A stretch of 64,000 nt of DNA from Treponemataceae bacterium (GCA_963667725.2 CAXXHO010000003.1:1920001-1984000); one strand, 5' to 3'. Shown: positions 1 to 10,145, counted from the first letter of the stretch. The notes: generated from the sequence alone by a model not told the origin. Numbers and translations are program-made.

Positions 1-379
1 GCTTGTCCTTTCTCTCCTCCGAATGGCCGATGAGAGCCCACTCGCAGCCGAGGGCCGCGGCGGCCTTGGCGGGGAAATTGGCGGTGAAGGCGCCGAAGTT
101 CCCGCCAGGCATGACATCTTCCCTGAAAACCCCCTGGCTGCCCAGCGCCAGCGTATCGCGGGAGGTCAAAGCCGCAGCCAGAAGAGCTTCCCTGGCCGGG
201 ATAATAAGGCTCTGGGGAAAGAAGTAGATGATACGCAGGTCCTTCCTGGAATGAAGACCCCGCGCGACAGTCCCGCCGATGACATTCCTCGCCCACGAGG
301 CGGAATCCTTCTCGGGACATATGCCCCCCAGTTCGGAGGGGATATCGAAGCGTTTGAGGTTGACGAATATGCTTGTCAT
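1..379 (-). CDS. Divergent triosephosphate-isomerase-family protein, truncated by the window edge (not in ORF track)
   Basis: Manual translation from ATG at 379: MTSIFVNLKRFDIPSELGGICPEKD...GGNFGAFTANFPAKAAAALGCEWALIGHSEERKDK. NLK, GAFT and IGHSEER correspond to TIM motifs. The start overlaps the upstream stop (TGATG). Confidence 0.8.
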   Translation of the reverse strand, partial: MTSIFVNLKRFDIPSELGGICPEKDSASWARNVIGGTVARGLHSRKDLRIIYFFPQSLIIPAREALLAAALTSRDTLALGSQGVFREDVMPGGNFGAFTANFPAKAAAALGCEWALIGHSEERKDK

Positions 380-1278
380 CAAGGACTCCCTGCTGAATTA
401 TCGCCACTCGCATATTTTTCATGCTCTCCGGATCGATCGCGGGGCAGTTCACCTTCCAAAGCCCTGAGGTATTCCAGGGATTCCCTCGCCGCGACATGGG
501 GGCTGGGCTTGGGAAGTATTTCAACGCCTATCCATCCGGGGTATTTCATCGCATCGAGGCTCTGGAGTATCGATGGGAAATCGATGTTTCCTTTCCCCGG
601 CGCGAGCCTGTTGCTGTCGGCGAAATGAATGTATCCGAGAACGTCAGCGTATTCCTTCAAGGTTTTCGGCAGATCCACATCCTCGATATTCATGTGGAAA
701 AGATCGGCATGGATCTTCAGGTTGGGAATTCCGATCTTCCTGATATAATCACCGACCTCGGCGCAGCTGAACAGATAGTTTGTCTCGTACCGGTTCATCT
801 GTTCCAGAAGGATGGCGAGGCCATAAGCTCGAGCCTTCGCGCAGACGCGATCCAGGCACTGGGTGAGCTTTTCAAGACCTTCCTCATACGAATCATCCGG
901 ATCCAGAGAACCGCGCACCCTACTCACGTTGACATCGGCTCCCAATTCGGCGGCAATTTCTATGATACCCTCAAAGTCCTCGACAGCCCTTTCCCTGACT
1001 CCCCTATCCGGATGGGTGAACGAGACCTTCCCCATCGTATACATCTGCCCCGTCGATATCACGGGAATGGCCATATTGTAGCGGCCGGCAAGCACTCTCA
1101 AGGCTTTGGCATCGACATTGCCCTTGTGGTAAAGCGCCAATTCGATCCCATCGTAGCCTATCTCCGAAGCCGCTTTCAGGCTTTCCTCAAGCCCCCTGAA
1201 TACGACGAGAGCCTTGGGATGGCTTTCCACGATCGTGGAAGTGATGCATAGCCTATGCCTTCTGTTCATATATTCCAT
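379..1278 (-). CDS. Sugar-phosphate isomerase/epimerase, D-tagatose 3-epimerase family (IolO/5-keto-L-gluconate epimerase-like)
   Basis: Motifs GYDGIEL, STGQMY, EQMNRYET, ADLFHMNIED, HFADSNRLAPG, GVEILP. Start chosen at MEYMN (1278); 1269 is possible. Confidence 0.8.
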   Translation of the reverse strand: MEYMNRRHRLCITSTIVESHPKALVVFRGLEESLKAASEIGYDGIELALYHKGNVDAKALRVLAGRYNMAIPVISTGQMYTMGKVSFTHPDRGVRERAVEDFEGIIEIAAELGADVNVSRVRGSLDPDDSYEEGLEKLTQCLDRVCAKARAYGLAILLEQMNRYETNYLFSCAEVGDYIRKIGIPNLKIHADLFHMNIEDVDLPKTLKEYADVLGYIHFADSNRLAPGKGNIDFPSILQSLDAMKYPGWIGVEILPKPSPHVAARESLEYLRALEGELPRDRSGEHEKYASGDNSAGSP

Positions 1279-2182
1279 GGTATTCCCTGACGACAGCCTC
1301 GAATTCCCGCAGAATTTCGGCGGGAGGCGAAAGGCAGGGTTCGGAGACCTTCGAGCCGCATACGCCAAGAATCTCGAGCGCCTTCTTTCTCATGATGACG
1401 CCGCGCAGCGATGAATTTATCTGCATATTGAAGCGGTTGACATCATCGACCTGGTTTTGGATCGTCCGTGCGCTCTCCCAGTCCCCTTTTATGGCAGCTT
1501 GCCAGAAGGCAACCATCATGCGCGGAAAAACATTGCCTATCGATGGAACAAGACCGTCGGCTCCGGCCAGCAAGGAATCGAAGGCCACCCTTTCGTTGCC
1601 GCAGAGTACCTTCCAGTCCTGTCTTGCCGTCTTGAACTCAAGCAGGGCATTGAAATATTCCTTCTCGCCTCCGGAATCCTTGATCCCAATAAGCAAAGGA
1701 TGCGGCAGCAGCTGACGGATCGTCTCGACATGAATCTTGGAGCCGACGGTTTCTGGCATATTGTAGAGAATTATCGGAATATCGCTGCCATCGAGAATCG
1801 AGCGGAAGAAAGCTACCTGTTCACTCACTTCAATGACTTTGTAGTAGAAAGGAAGCGTGCTTACGAGGAAATCCGTTCCGCATCCCTGCGCCAGCCTGGC
1901 CAGCTCCAGGGATTTACGGGTTCCGCACTCCCCAATGCCCACGCAGACGGGGATTTTACCATCCGCGGCTTCAGTCACTGCTGTGATGAGCCGTTTCTTA
2001 TCTTCGTCGGCGAGTCTCGGGAATTCCCCCGTGGTTCCGAGGACAAAAAGGCTGTCAACGGCGCCGGCGAGAAGGTAATCGACAAGTCTGCGAAGCCCGG
2101 TAAAATCGACATGCTCCTGGTCATCGAGGGGGGTCACCAGGGGGACGACGATTCCACCCAGAGCGCATGGCGTTTTCATCAT
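1253..2182 (-). CDS. DapA/N-acetylneuraminate lyase-family class I aldolase
   Basis: VPLVTP, GTTGEF, ILYNMP, GIKDS (Schiff-base Lys). ATGA overlap with the upstream SIS gene fixes the start at 2182. Confidence 0.88.
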   Translation of the reverse strand: MMKTPCALGGIVVPLVTPLDDQEHVDFTGLRRLVDYLLAGAVDSLFVLGTTGEFPRLADEDKKRLITAVTEAADGKIPVCVGIGECGTRKSLELARLAQGCGTDFLVSTLPFYYKVIEVSEQVAFFRSILDGSDIPIILYNMPETVGSKIHVETIRQLLPHPLLIGIKDSGGEKEYFNALLEFKTARQDWKVLCGNERVAFDSLLAGADGLVPSIGNVFPRMMVAFWQAAIKGDWESARTIQNQVDDVNRFNMQINSSLRGVIMRKKALEILGVCGSKVSEPCLSPPAEILREFEAVVREYHGIYEQKA

Positions 2183-2790
2183 GGCTTTTCCCTTTTCCCA
2201 AGCTGGCCGGAGGGATGCCATTGGAGGTATTCTTCCTGGTCGATCCCCTTCCGGGCTTGCAGGATGACACTGAGGTTCATCAGCATGAAAAGGCTTACGA
2301 GCATGCTTATCCGAGGCGGCTTGTTGAGGTAGTCGCCCTCGCGTTCCACATGCACATCCAGATGCGCATCTCCCATCCGGGCGATTTCCGATTCGGGAAA
2401 GCCTGTCACGGAGATGATGCGGGCGCCGTTGCGCTTCAGTGTCTTCACGGTGGCCACAAGCTCGGCGACATTTCCGAAATACGAAATCGCTATGACCACA
2501 TCGCCCTTTTTTACCTGGCCGGCCGATCCGTGGGTAGCCTCCGTCCCGTCGAGAAAGTAGCACGACGTCCCCGTGGAGGAAAACAGCGAAGCCATATAGT
2601 TGGCGATATGGTGCGGCTTCCCAATGCCGGTAACATGCAGACGTCCTCCGCTCGCTTCCGCGTCGGACAGCAGGCGCAACGCTTCTTCGTAATAGTTCAG
2701 CGTGAAGCGCTTGGCCGCCGAGGCGATCGCCTTGCTCGCTTCCTCGCCGAATACATTCGCTTGCGCTTCAAGAGATTCCATCATTTGCAT
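2179..2790 (-). CDS. SIS-domain sugar-phosphate isomerase (KpsF/GutQ-like, no CBS domain)
   Basis: LHVTGIGKP, SSTGT, EATHGS, IAISYFG, WHPSGQLG. Confidence 0.85.
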   Translation of the reverse strand: MQMMESLEAQANVFGEEASKAIASAAKRFTLNYYEEALRLLSDAEASGGRLHVTGIGKPHHIANYMASLFSSTGTSCYFLDGTEATHGSAGQVKKGDVVIAISYFGNVAELVATVKTLKRNGARIISVTGFPESEIARMGDAHLDVHVEREGDYLNKPPRISMLVSLFMLMNLSVILQARKGIDQEEYLQWHPSGQLGKREKP

Positions 2791-2804
2791 CCCCTTTTAC
2801 TATT

Positions 2805-4091
2805 CTAGCGCATGAAAGTCTGCGGCAAAAACAGGACCAGGCTCGGAAAATATGTCGTGAGAAGCAGGACCAGAATAAGGACACCAAGCATGGGCAGCAA
2901 TTCTTTTATGATTGTCCCGAGCGGAGTTCCCGAAATTCCGCTGGTGACGAACAAGAGCCCCCCATAGGGAGGAGTCGAGAGTCCGATCATCATGTTCAGC
3001 ACGATGACAACCCCAAAATGGACGAGATCTATTCCGAGCGCGCTTACCATGGGGAGGACTATCGGTATGAATACGAGAGTGATCGTATTCACGTCGATGA
3101 ACATGCCAAGAACGAGGAAGGCCAGGTTGATCAGCGCGAGGAAGACATACTTGTTCGTCGTTATGCCGAGCAGGGCTGTCGCGACGAGATCCGGAATGCG
3201 TTCATAGGAAACCACGAACGACATCCCGAAAGAAGCGGCGACGATTATCGAAATCGTCCCTGTCGATTTGATCGTCTCGAAGAGCATCTTGCCCAGGGAT
3301 TTTATATCAATGCTCTTGTAGAACAGGACGGAAATCAGGATGCCATAGAAAGCCGCGAGCGCTCCCGCTTCAGTAGGGGTCACGATCCCTGTATAGATGC
3401 CGCCGAGCAGGATGACTGGGGTGAGAAGAGCGGGAATCGCCTCAAAAGTGGAGGCCAGAAACTCCTTGAAAGTCTTCATCTCTCCCTTGGGGTAATGCCT
3501 TTTTTTCGAGACGATCGCGACATATACCATCAGTGCCGCGGCGATCAAGACTCCCGGCACCATCCCGCCGAGGAACAGCGCGCCTATCGAGGCGCCGGAC
3601 AACATCGAATACATGATCATCGGGATGCTGGGAGGAAATATCGGGCCTATTGTGGCGGATGCCGCGGTGATCGCGCAGGAGAATCCGTCATCGTAGCCCT
3701 GCTTTCTCATCGCCTCTATCTCCATTATCCCGAGCCCGGAAGCATCGGCGAGAGCTGAGCCTGTCATGCCGGAAAAAATCAGGGAAGCCAGGACATTCAC
3801 ATGTCCCAAGCCCCCGTCGAGTCGCCCGACGAAAGCGTTGGCGAACATGAATATCTTGTCTGTCACCTTCCCGGTATTCATGATCTGGGCGGCAAAAATG
3901 AAGAGCGGGACAGCGATCAGCAAATACGAAGAGAACATGTTCGTAACAATTTTCTCCGCGACCAGAAGAAGCGGCAGACCTTTCAGCATGCAATACACCG
4001 ATACGGCGGTAATGAAGCCGAGAGGGATGGGAATGCGCAGGATGAATATGAGACAGAAAATCGCGAGGAATGCCATGAGCGCGAAATTCAT
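2805..4091 (-). CDS. dctM: TRAP transporter large permease
   Basis: AVPLF, SGSALAD-like, PPSIPMI, TPTEAG and TPPYG motifs; very hydrophobic, 428 aa. Confidence 0.93.
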   Translation of the reverse strand: MNFALMAFLAIFCLIFILRIPIPLGFITAVSVYCMLKGLPLLLVAEKIVTNMFSSYLLIAVPLFIFAAQIMNTGKVTDKIFMFANAFVGRLDGGLGHVNVLASLIFSGMTGSALADASGLGIMEIEAMRKQGYDDGFSCAITAASATIGPIFPPSIPMIMYSMLSGASIGALFLGGMVPGVLIAAALMVYVAIVSKKRHYPKGEMKTFKEFLASTFEAIPALLTPVILLGGIYTGIVTPTEAGALAAFYGILISVLFYKSIDIKSLGKMLFETIKSTGTISIIVAASFGMSFVVSYERIPDLVATALLGITTNKYVFLALINLAFLVLGMFIDVNTITLVFIPIVLPMVSALGIDLVHFGVVIVLNMMIGLSTPPYGGLLFVTSGISGTPLGTIIKELLPMLGVLILVLLLTTYFPSLVLFLPQTFMR

Positions 4092-4103
4092 GTGCCGTTC
4101 TCC

Positions 4104-4577
4104 TTATTTTCGTGAGGTCCTGATATCGAGGATGATGTCATGCACCGTATGCCCCAGTATCAGGATGAAGAAAATCAGCACCGGACCGTAGCCGATGCTG
4201 AGAGGGATACGCAGGACGGATGATTTTTCGAGGTGTATCGCTTTCAGGTATTTGAAAATGGAGGGCAATGGCACAAGAAAAGCGAAAAATACCAGGACGT
4301 TGGAGGAAAGTCGGGCGACCTTTCTCATCGCTTCCGGAAGCTTGTCGTAGACAAGCGTAAATGCTACGTGGCCGTGGACTCTCCTGATATATCCGGCCGA
4401 TAGGAGCGTCGTCCAGATAAAGGCCAGGCTCGTGAGTTCCTCCGGCCACATAAGCGGATTTCTCAGGGCATAGCGGAAGAATATTTGGATAATGAAGGTC
4501 AGAAAAAGGCACGCGAAGGTGGCCATGGGAAGGTAGATTTCTATAAAATCCAGTAAAAACTTCAGGACCTTTTTCAT
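4104..4577 (-). CDS. dctQ: TRAP transporter small permease
   Basis: Four TM segments, FFRY..WPEEL, HV motif; lies between dctP and dctM. Confidence 0.9.
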   Translation of the reverse strand: MKKVLKFLLDFIEIYLPMATFACLFLTFIIQIFFRYALRNPLMWPEELTSLAFIWTTLLSAGYIRRVHGHVAFTLVYDKLPEAMRKVARLSSNVLVFFAFLVPLPSIFKYLKAIHLEKSSVLRIPLSIGYGPVLIFFILILGHTVHDIILDIRTSRK

Positions 4578-4597
4578 CGCTATATTCTCTTGCTAAT

Positions 4598-4626
4598 AAA
4601 AATGAGCATCTCGAAAAGAGATGCTC
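4598..4626 (-). terminator. Intra-operon hairpin after dctP (partial terminator or mRNA stabiliser)
   Basis: GAGCATCTC-N5-GAGATGCTC followed by ATTTTT on the minus strand. Confidence 0.55.
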
Positions 4627-4646
4627 CGATGCTTATCTTCTTCTTC

Positions 4647-5672
4647 TCAGTCAACCATGGCGGAAATTTCCTCGAGGAGAGCGAGATCCCAAGTCTTTGA
4701 GATTTCTTTATTGCCCAGATAATAATCCCGGGCATACTTCATCCAGACGCTCTTGTCGATGTCGTAGACGGTAAGTCCTTTTTCCTTAAGGGTCGCGATC
4801 CCATTCTCTTCAATCCTAAGATTCTCCGCGTCACAGAATTCCCTGCCCTTTTCTGCCGCCTTTACGAGAATATCCTGGTCTTCCTTGCTCAGGGATTGCC
4901 ATTTTTTCTCGTTTATCACAGGCATGATCGTGTCGACAAGATGCCCCGTCAAGATCATGTATTTCGTGACTTCGTAGAATTTTCTAAGAAGTGTGGCGGG
5001 AATCGGGTTTTCCTGCCCATCGACGGCGGAGGTTTTCAGCGCGAGGTATACTTCCGAAATGGCGATCGGGGTCGGATTGGCTCCAAGAGCTTTGCCCATG
5101 GCTATCCAAGAGGGGCTGTTCGCCATCCTGAGCTTGATGCCCTTCATGTCCGCCGGGACTTTCACGACTTTGCCGACATCCCTCAAATTAAGGTTTCTGG
5201 TGCCCATATACCAGGCGGAAAGCGGCCGCACTCCGATCTTGTCGATCACCATGCCATTGATCTTCTTGCCGATATCACCGTTCAGCACCCTTGTCATGTG
5301 GGCATAATCCTTGAAAATGTAAGCTGCCGAGAACATGGAGATGGAGGGCACCAGTTCGGAGAACCAACTAGGGCTTCCGTCGGCCATGTCGAGCGTTCCC
5401 ATGCGAACACCGCTGATCTGCCCTTCCTGGGTAAAAAGCGTGCCGTCGAGATGGACATCGATCGTAATGCGGCCGCCTGAGAGGCGTTTGGCTTCCTCCG
5501 CCATGACATGCGCAGCTTTCCCGTGAGAGGCAGTCGACGCCGCTGTCGAGGAGTACACAAGTTTTACTGGTTTGCCGCCGCCTGCCGTCGCGGAGGCGTC
5601 TTTCTGGTTTTGAGCGAAGAGTTGTCCGCCTAAAAACACGATGCACAACATGGCGACTATCGATTTCCCCAT
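4647..5672 (-). CDS. dctP: TRAP transporter substrate-binding protein
   Basis: Signal peptide, GTRN, DMKGIKLR (carboxylate-binding Arg), VDGQENP. Confidence 0.93.
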   Translation of the reverse strand: MGKSIVAMLCIVFLGGQLFAQNQKDASATAGGGKPVKLVYSSTAASTASHGKAAHVMAEEAKRLSGGRITIDVHLDGTLFTQEGQISGVRMGTLDMADGSPSWFSELVPSISMFSAAYIFKDYAHMTRVLNGDIGKKINGMVIDKIGVRPLSAWYMGTRNLNLRDVGKVVKVPADMKGIKLRMANSPSWIAMGKALGANPTPIAISEVYLALKTSAVDGQENPIPATLLRKFYEVTKYMILTGHLVDTIMPVINEKKWQSLSKEDQDILVKAAEKGREFCDAENLRIEENGIATLKEKGLTVYDIDKSVWMKYARDYYLGNKEISKTWDLALLEEISAMVD

Positions 5673-5720
5673 GATTGCCTCCTTTCTTCTTTCTGCAGTT
5701 CAGGTCAGGAATTAAAGCTT

Positions 5721-5768
5721 TGCAACCGGTTTCATTTTTAGTGTAGTCCCCAATTTTTTACCTGTCAA
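5721..5768 (-). promoter_or_regulatory. Sigma70 promoter plus LacI-family operator for the TRAP operon
   Basis: Minus strand TTGACA(5768-5763)-N17-TACACT(5745-5740). TGAAACCGGTTGCA at 5734-5721 fits the LacI consensus TGnAAnCGnTTnCA. Confidence 0.8.
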
Positions 5769-5806
5769 GTTTTTCCATGCAATCCGATTATTTTTTTTCC
5801 GGCATG

Positions 5807-6826
5807 CTAGCCTTGTATGTTGATACGACAAGAATCGCGTATGATCAGCTCAGTCCTCAGCGTATGTCTTTCAACCTGGAGTAGGGGGTTGCCTATCAAG
5901 GCCAATAGAGTGCGTACCGCTTTCCTGCCCATCTCATGCTCGGGTACGCGAATGGTCGTTAATGGCGGATCACAATATGATGCCAGATCGACATCATCGA
6001 AGCCGGCAAGAGAGATGTCGTCGGGAACCTTCAGTCCTGCTTCCTTGATTGCCCGCAGGGCGCCCAATGCCATTGTATCGCTCGCCGCAAAAATAGCGCT
6101 GGGAGGATTCGCCGCGGACAGGATTGTCCTTGCGGCAATCCTGCCGTTTTCAAGCGTCGGTTCGGCTCCGACGACGAGAGTCGGATCCAGTTCAACGCCG
6201 TATTCATGAAGGGCGTCCTTGTAACCCTGATATCGCATACTCGCCCGCTTGACCTTCTCGATTGGCCCTGTTATCAGCGCGATCCGCCGGTGCTTCAGCT
6301 CGAGGAGATATCTTGTCATGCGATATGCCGCTTCCCTGTTGTCAAACCCGACAAAACTGATCTCGGGGTCTTCAGCCATTTCCCAAATGACGACGCAAGG
6401 CAATCCTGATTTCGAAAATTCCTTAATCAGACTCGAGGTGGAATCGGTGACGCCCGTCAGTATCATTCCCGCAAGCCTACGCTGGCGAAATAGATTCATA
6501 TACCCAACTTCATCCTCCGCGCTGTAGTCGGTGTTCGCGATCAACAATGCCAGATCGTGGAGATGGGCTTCCTGCTGAATGCCGCGAATCGATTCCGCGT
6601 GGATGGAGCTTTTTATCGTGGGAATGATGAGTCCAATAATGGATGTCTGCTTTTTTGAAAAATCGGCCGCGTTCACGTTGTAGACATATTTGTGCTCTTC
6701 TATGACCTTCAGGACTCGCCTCCTCGTGGAGTCCTTCAGCAAGTCCGGTCGATGGAGAGCACGAGAAACCGTAGCCTTGGAGACATGTGCCAGAGCCGCG
6801 ATTTCAGACATAGTGAGTTTGGTCAT
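5807..6826 (-). CDS. LacI-family transcriptional regulator
   Basis: LTMSEIAALAHVSKATVSRAL HTH, AIFAASD, GFDD, PPLTTI; AAGGA upstream of ATG at 6826. Confidence 0.93.
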   Translation of the reverse strand: MTKLTMSEIAALAHVSKATVSRALHRPDLLKDSTRRRVLKVIEEHKYVYNVNAADFSKKQTSIIGLIIPTIKSSIHAESIRGIQQEAHLHDLALLIANTDYSAEDEVGYMNLFRQRRLAGMILTGVTDSTSSLIKEFSKSGLPCVVIWEMAEDPEISFVGFDNREAAYRMTRYLLELKHRRIALITGPIEKVKRASMRYQGYKDALHEYGVELDPTLVVGAEPTLENGRIAARTILSAANPPSAIFAASDTMALGALRAIKEAGLKVPDDISLAGFDDVDLASYCDPPLTTIRVPEHEMGRKAVRTLLALIGNPLLQVERHTLRTELIIRDSCRINIQG

Positions 6827-6942
6827 AATTTCCTTGACATAGTACACGAAATAAACCCTGGCAGAAAGTAGAAGAACAAAGGCTTCAGCGCAAATGACCA
6901 GGTCTCGAAAGAAATGTAGTCACGCCGCCTGCGCGTGAAAAA

Positions 6943-9900
6943 TCAAGCACGCAAAAGGCTCTCGATGGTGAGGCTCACGGCGCCCCTGTTGTTCTCGACG
7001 AGGCCGGCTATCCAAAGCGGATGTTCTTCGAAGAGCAGGTGGCGATATTTGCGGTAGGCCTCGGGAAAGAGAACCGCTTCGAAGATGGCTGTCTCGTCTT
7101 CGAAGGAAACGAACTCCATGGTTTCCTCGCTGGCGGTGAGGACGGGCTTGGCCGTTATGGGCCAGCCGAGGAGGCGGACGCGGCGGCCCACCTTGCGCCG
7201 CAGGTCGATGGCGCGCTCGCGGGGAGCGGCGAAGGCGCGCGGCCAGAGCTCCAGTGGATGGGAATCGAGGGTGGTACCGAGATATTTGAGCTCGGCGACG
7301 CGCTTCTTGCGTGTGGAGCCTGGGGGCGGCTCGGGGGCGCAGGACGCCTGATGAGCGCGCGGCGCCGAGGCGCGGGGCTCCGGGGCGAGGCTTTCGCCAT
7401 CGGGCGCGAAAAGTTCGAGCGGCCTGCCAGCGGCAAGGGAAGCGCCTGAGGCCCCGGGGCCGCCCGAGGCGGCGGGGCCTCCTGCCGCGCCCTCGCGCGC
7501 CGCGCAGAGGGAAAGGAGAGCCATGAGGGCGTCGGAGCGTTTCGCGCCTCCAAGGAGACTGTCGAAGGCGCCCGAGCCCACCAGGGCTTCGGCATCGGAC
7601 CGCTCGAAGCGCTGGCGACGCGCAAAGTCCTCGACGGAAAGGTAAGGCCCTCCTCGCTTCCGTTCGCGGAGCATGTCGGCGGCGACGCCCGCGCCGAGCG
7701 AGGAGAGCATGCAGAAGCCGAAGCGGATCCTGCCTCGTCGCCCTCTGCATCGCTGTTCGCTCAGGTTGATGTCGGGAGGAAGGAGGGCGATTCCCATCCG
7801 CCTCGATTCGCTCGCGTAGGCAAGCGTGGAGTAGAATCCCCCGTGGTTGGAGAGGACAGCCGCCATGAACTCGGCGGGATAGTGGGCGCGCAGATAGGCG
7901 GACTGGAAGGAGAGCATGGCATAGCTGGCTGAATGGGCCTTCACGAAGGAATAGCCTGAGAACGAACAGATCATGGCCCAGACCGCCTCGGTGCTGGCCT
8001 CGTCGGCGCCCCGCGCCGCGGCGCCCTCGAAAAAAGCGCTCCTGTATTCCTGGAGCCTGGTGTCGGCGTCTTTCTTCGAAAGGATCTTGCGGATGCCATC
8101 GGCTTCGGAAGAGGAGAAGCCCGCGAGGGCTATGGCCGCCTTCGACACGTCCTCCTGGTAGCAGAGGATGCCGTAGCTTTCGTCGAAAAGCCCCGCAAGG
8201 AGGGGATGAAAGGCCTTCCAGTGCTTGCCCCGCAGACGATCGACATATTCGTCTATATATTTGTTCGCAGCGGGACGGATGATGGATGAGTGGATGACGA
8301 GGTGCTCGAAATCCCCCCTCCCCGTCTTGATCTGCAGAAGGCGCATAGCGGGACTCTCCACATAGAAGACGCCCATCGTGTCCCCCCTCGCGAGAAGGGC
8401 GACCGTGGCGGCGTCGTCGATCGGCTTCCATTTCCCCGTATCGAAGGACGGATCGTTTTCGCGCAGGTCGGCGAGCGCGTCCCTGACGACGGCGAGGGAA
8501 CGGTTCCCGAGGAGGTCTATTTTCACGAGGCCGGCTTCCTCCGCCCCTTCCTTGTCCCAGGCGATCACCCTTATGCCGTTGCCCGTCTCCTCGATGGGGA
8601 CATGGTCGGCCAGAAGGTCCGGCACGATGATGACGCCGCCCGAATGCGTGCCCAGATGCCGCGGCAGGCCGACGATGCTCGCCGCTCGCCGCGCGATGAT
8701 CTTCCATTCCGGATCGGCCGAAGAGAGGGTTCCGTCGGTATCCACCTTGAGGGAGCGCTCGAAGTCCGAAATCTCGGCGTCGGGCATGCCGAAGGCCCTG
8801 GCGGTTTCGCGCAGGCCCGAGCGCGAGCGGAAGCAATTGTGGTTGGCCACCCTGGCCGTATGCTCGGGCCCGTAGGCCTTCACCACTTCGTCCAGAAGCG
8901 CGTCGCGCTCGTCCCAGGCGAAATCCACGTCGATGTCGGGCGGGTCTTTCCTCCCCGGGTTCAGGAAGCGTTCAAAGTAAAGGGAATGGCGGATAGGATC
9001 GACCTCGGTGATGCCGAGGCAGTAGGCGACGATGCTCGCGGCCGCGCTGCCGCGGCCGCAGATGCGCGAGGCCTTCTTTATTATGTCCCAGACCACGAGA
9101 AAATAGTCGCAGAATCCCTTGGACTCGATGAGCGCAAGTTCGCGCTCGATTCTCGCTTCCACCTCGGCGGTCACGGGCGAGTAGCGCCGCGCCGCTCCTT
9201 CGTAGACGAGGCTGCGAAGGAGTTCGGAGGATGATGCCTCGGGGCTTGCCCTATGCGTCGCTTCCGAAACGGCGTCGGCCGCCATTCCGAAACGGGGAAA
9301 GACAAAGCCCGAAAAGGGCTCTCCCAGGGCCTCGCGCGCGATGAGGGCGTTGGAGGCGAAAGCTTTTTCCATCCACGCGGCCTGGGAAGGGAGAACGGCC
9401 CAGGGGCCGGTGTCTGGGGCAACGACTGGGGCAGAGGCTGAAGCGGCGGCCGGAACGGCATTCCAGAGCGCCTCGGGCGGGTCCAGCATGTCGTCGCCGA
9501 TATCGTGGACCGTGAGGTTCGCCCCGATGGCGAGCAGTAGCCGCTGGACTTCGCGCTGCTCAGGCTCGAGAAAGCTCGCCTCGGGCGTCGCGACGGGCCT
9601 GTGGCCCGAGGCGGCGAGGCGGCGCCACTTGGCTCTGTTGCAGGGCGTGACGAGGGCGAAGAGGCAATCGCGGGGCGAAAAACGCGCGAGGAGGTTCTCG
9701 TCGTCCGTGAGGATGAAGAGGCCGCCAAGCCGGTCCGCACCTTCAGCACCGCGCGCGGCTTCCAGGATGCCGGCCACGGCTTCCCGGAGATCGTAGGGGG
9801 GACGGCGGCCCTTCCCTCGCCGCTTCGTCGGCCTGCCGGCCTTTTCGGCCGCCTCCGCGGCTGCCCTCGCGGTCAGGAGCCGCGAAATCGCCGAAAAACC

Positions 9901-10143
9901 CGCCTTCGTCGCGGCGATGAGGACGGCGCGGCCTCCTTCATAAACAAGCTCCGTTCCGACGATCGGCTTCAAGCCCGCCTTTCGGCAGGCCTCCGTGAAG
10001 GTGGGGACGCCATAGACGCCATTCCGGTCCGTCAGCCCGAGACGCGGCAGGCCCGCCGCCTTCGCCGCCGCAGCCCACGCCGCGGGCTGGACGACGCCGC
10101 GCATCATCGAGTAGGAGGAACGGACGACGAGGGGCACGAGCAT
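6943..10143 (-). CDS. dnaE2: Error-prone DNA polymerase III alpha (DnaE2-type)
   Basis: CGRGSAA, FERFLNP, PDIDVDF and KIDLLG catalytic Asp motifs, ESPAMR, GYSFVKAH, C-terminal OB fold. PHP metal ligands are degenerate (LVVRS, TDRN). Confidence 0.9.
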   Translation of the reverse strand: MLVPLVVRSSYSMMRGVVQPAAWAAAAKAAGLPRLGLTDRNGVYGVPTFTEACRKAGLKPIVGTELVYEGGRAVLIAATKAGFSAISRLLTARAAAEAAEKAGRPTKRRGKGRRPPYDLREAVAGILEAARGAEGADRLGGLFILTDDENLLARFSPRDCLFALVTPCNRAKWRRLAASGHRPVATPEASFLEPEQREVQRLLLAIGANLTVHDIGDDMLDPPEALWNAVPAAASASAPVVAPDTGPWAVLPSQAAWMEKAFASNALIAREALGEPFSGFVFPRFGMAADAVSEATHRASPEASSSELLRSLVYEGAARRYSPVTAEVEARIERELALIESKGFCDYFLVVWDIIKKASRICGRGSAAASIVAYCLGITEVDPIRHSLYFERFLNPGRKDPPDIDVDFAWDERDALLDEVVKAYGPEHTARVANHNCFRSRSGLRETARAFGMPDAEISDFERSLKVDTDGTLSSADPEWKIIARRAASIVGLPRHLGTHSGGVIIVPDLLADHVPIEETGNGIRVIAWDKEGAEEAGLVKIDLLGNRSLAVVRDALADLRENDPSFDTGKWKPIDDAATVALLARGDTMGVFYVESPAMRLLQIKTGRGDFEHLVIHSSIIRPAANKYIDEYVDRLRGKHWKAFHPLLAGLFDESYGILCYQEDVSKAAIALAGFSSSEADGIRKILSKKDADTRLQEYRSAFFEGAAARGADEASTEAVWAMICSFSGYSFVKAHSASYAMLSFQSAYLRAHYPAEFMAAVLSNHGGFYSTLAYASESRRMGIALLPPDINLSEQRCRGRRGRIRFGFCMLSSLGAGVAADMLRERKRGGPYLSVEDFARRQRFERSDAEALVGSGAFDSLLGGAKRSDALMALLSLCAAREGAAGGPAASGGPGASGASLAAGRPLELFAPDGESLAPEPRASAPRAHQASCAPEPPPGSTRKKRVAELKYLGTTLDSHPLELWPRAFAAPRERAIDLRRKVGRRVRLLGWPITAKPVLTASEETMEFVSFEDETAIFEAVLFPEAYRKYRHLLFEEHPLWIAGLVENNRGAVSLTIESLLRA

Positions 10144-10145
10144 GG

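Noticed and set aside
6920..8836. 638-aa Arg/Pro-rich ORF overlapping dnaE2 in another frame
   Set aside because: Stop-poor shadow frame of very GC-rich DNA; no motifs.
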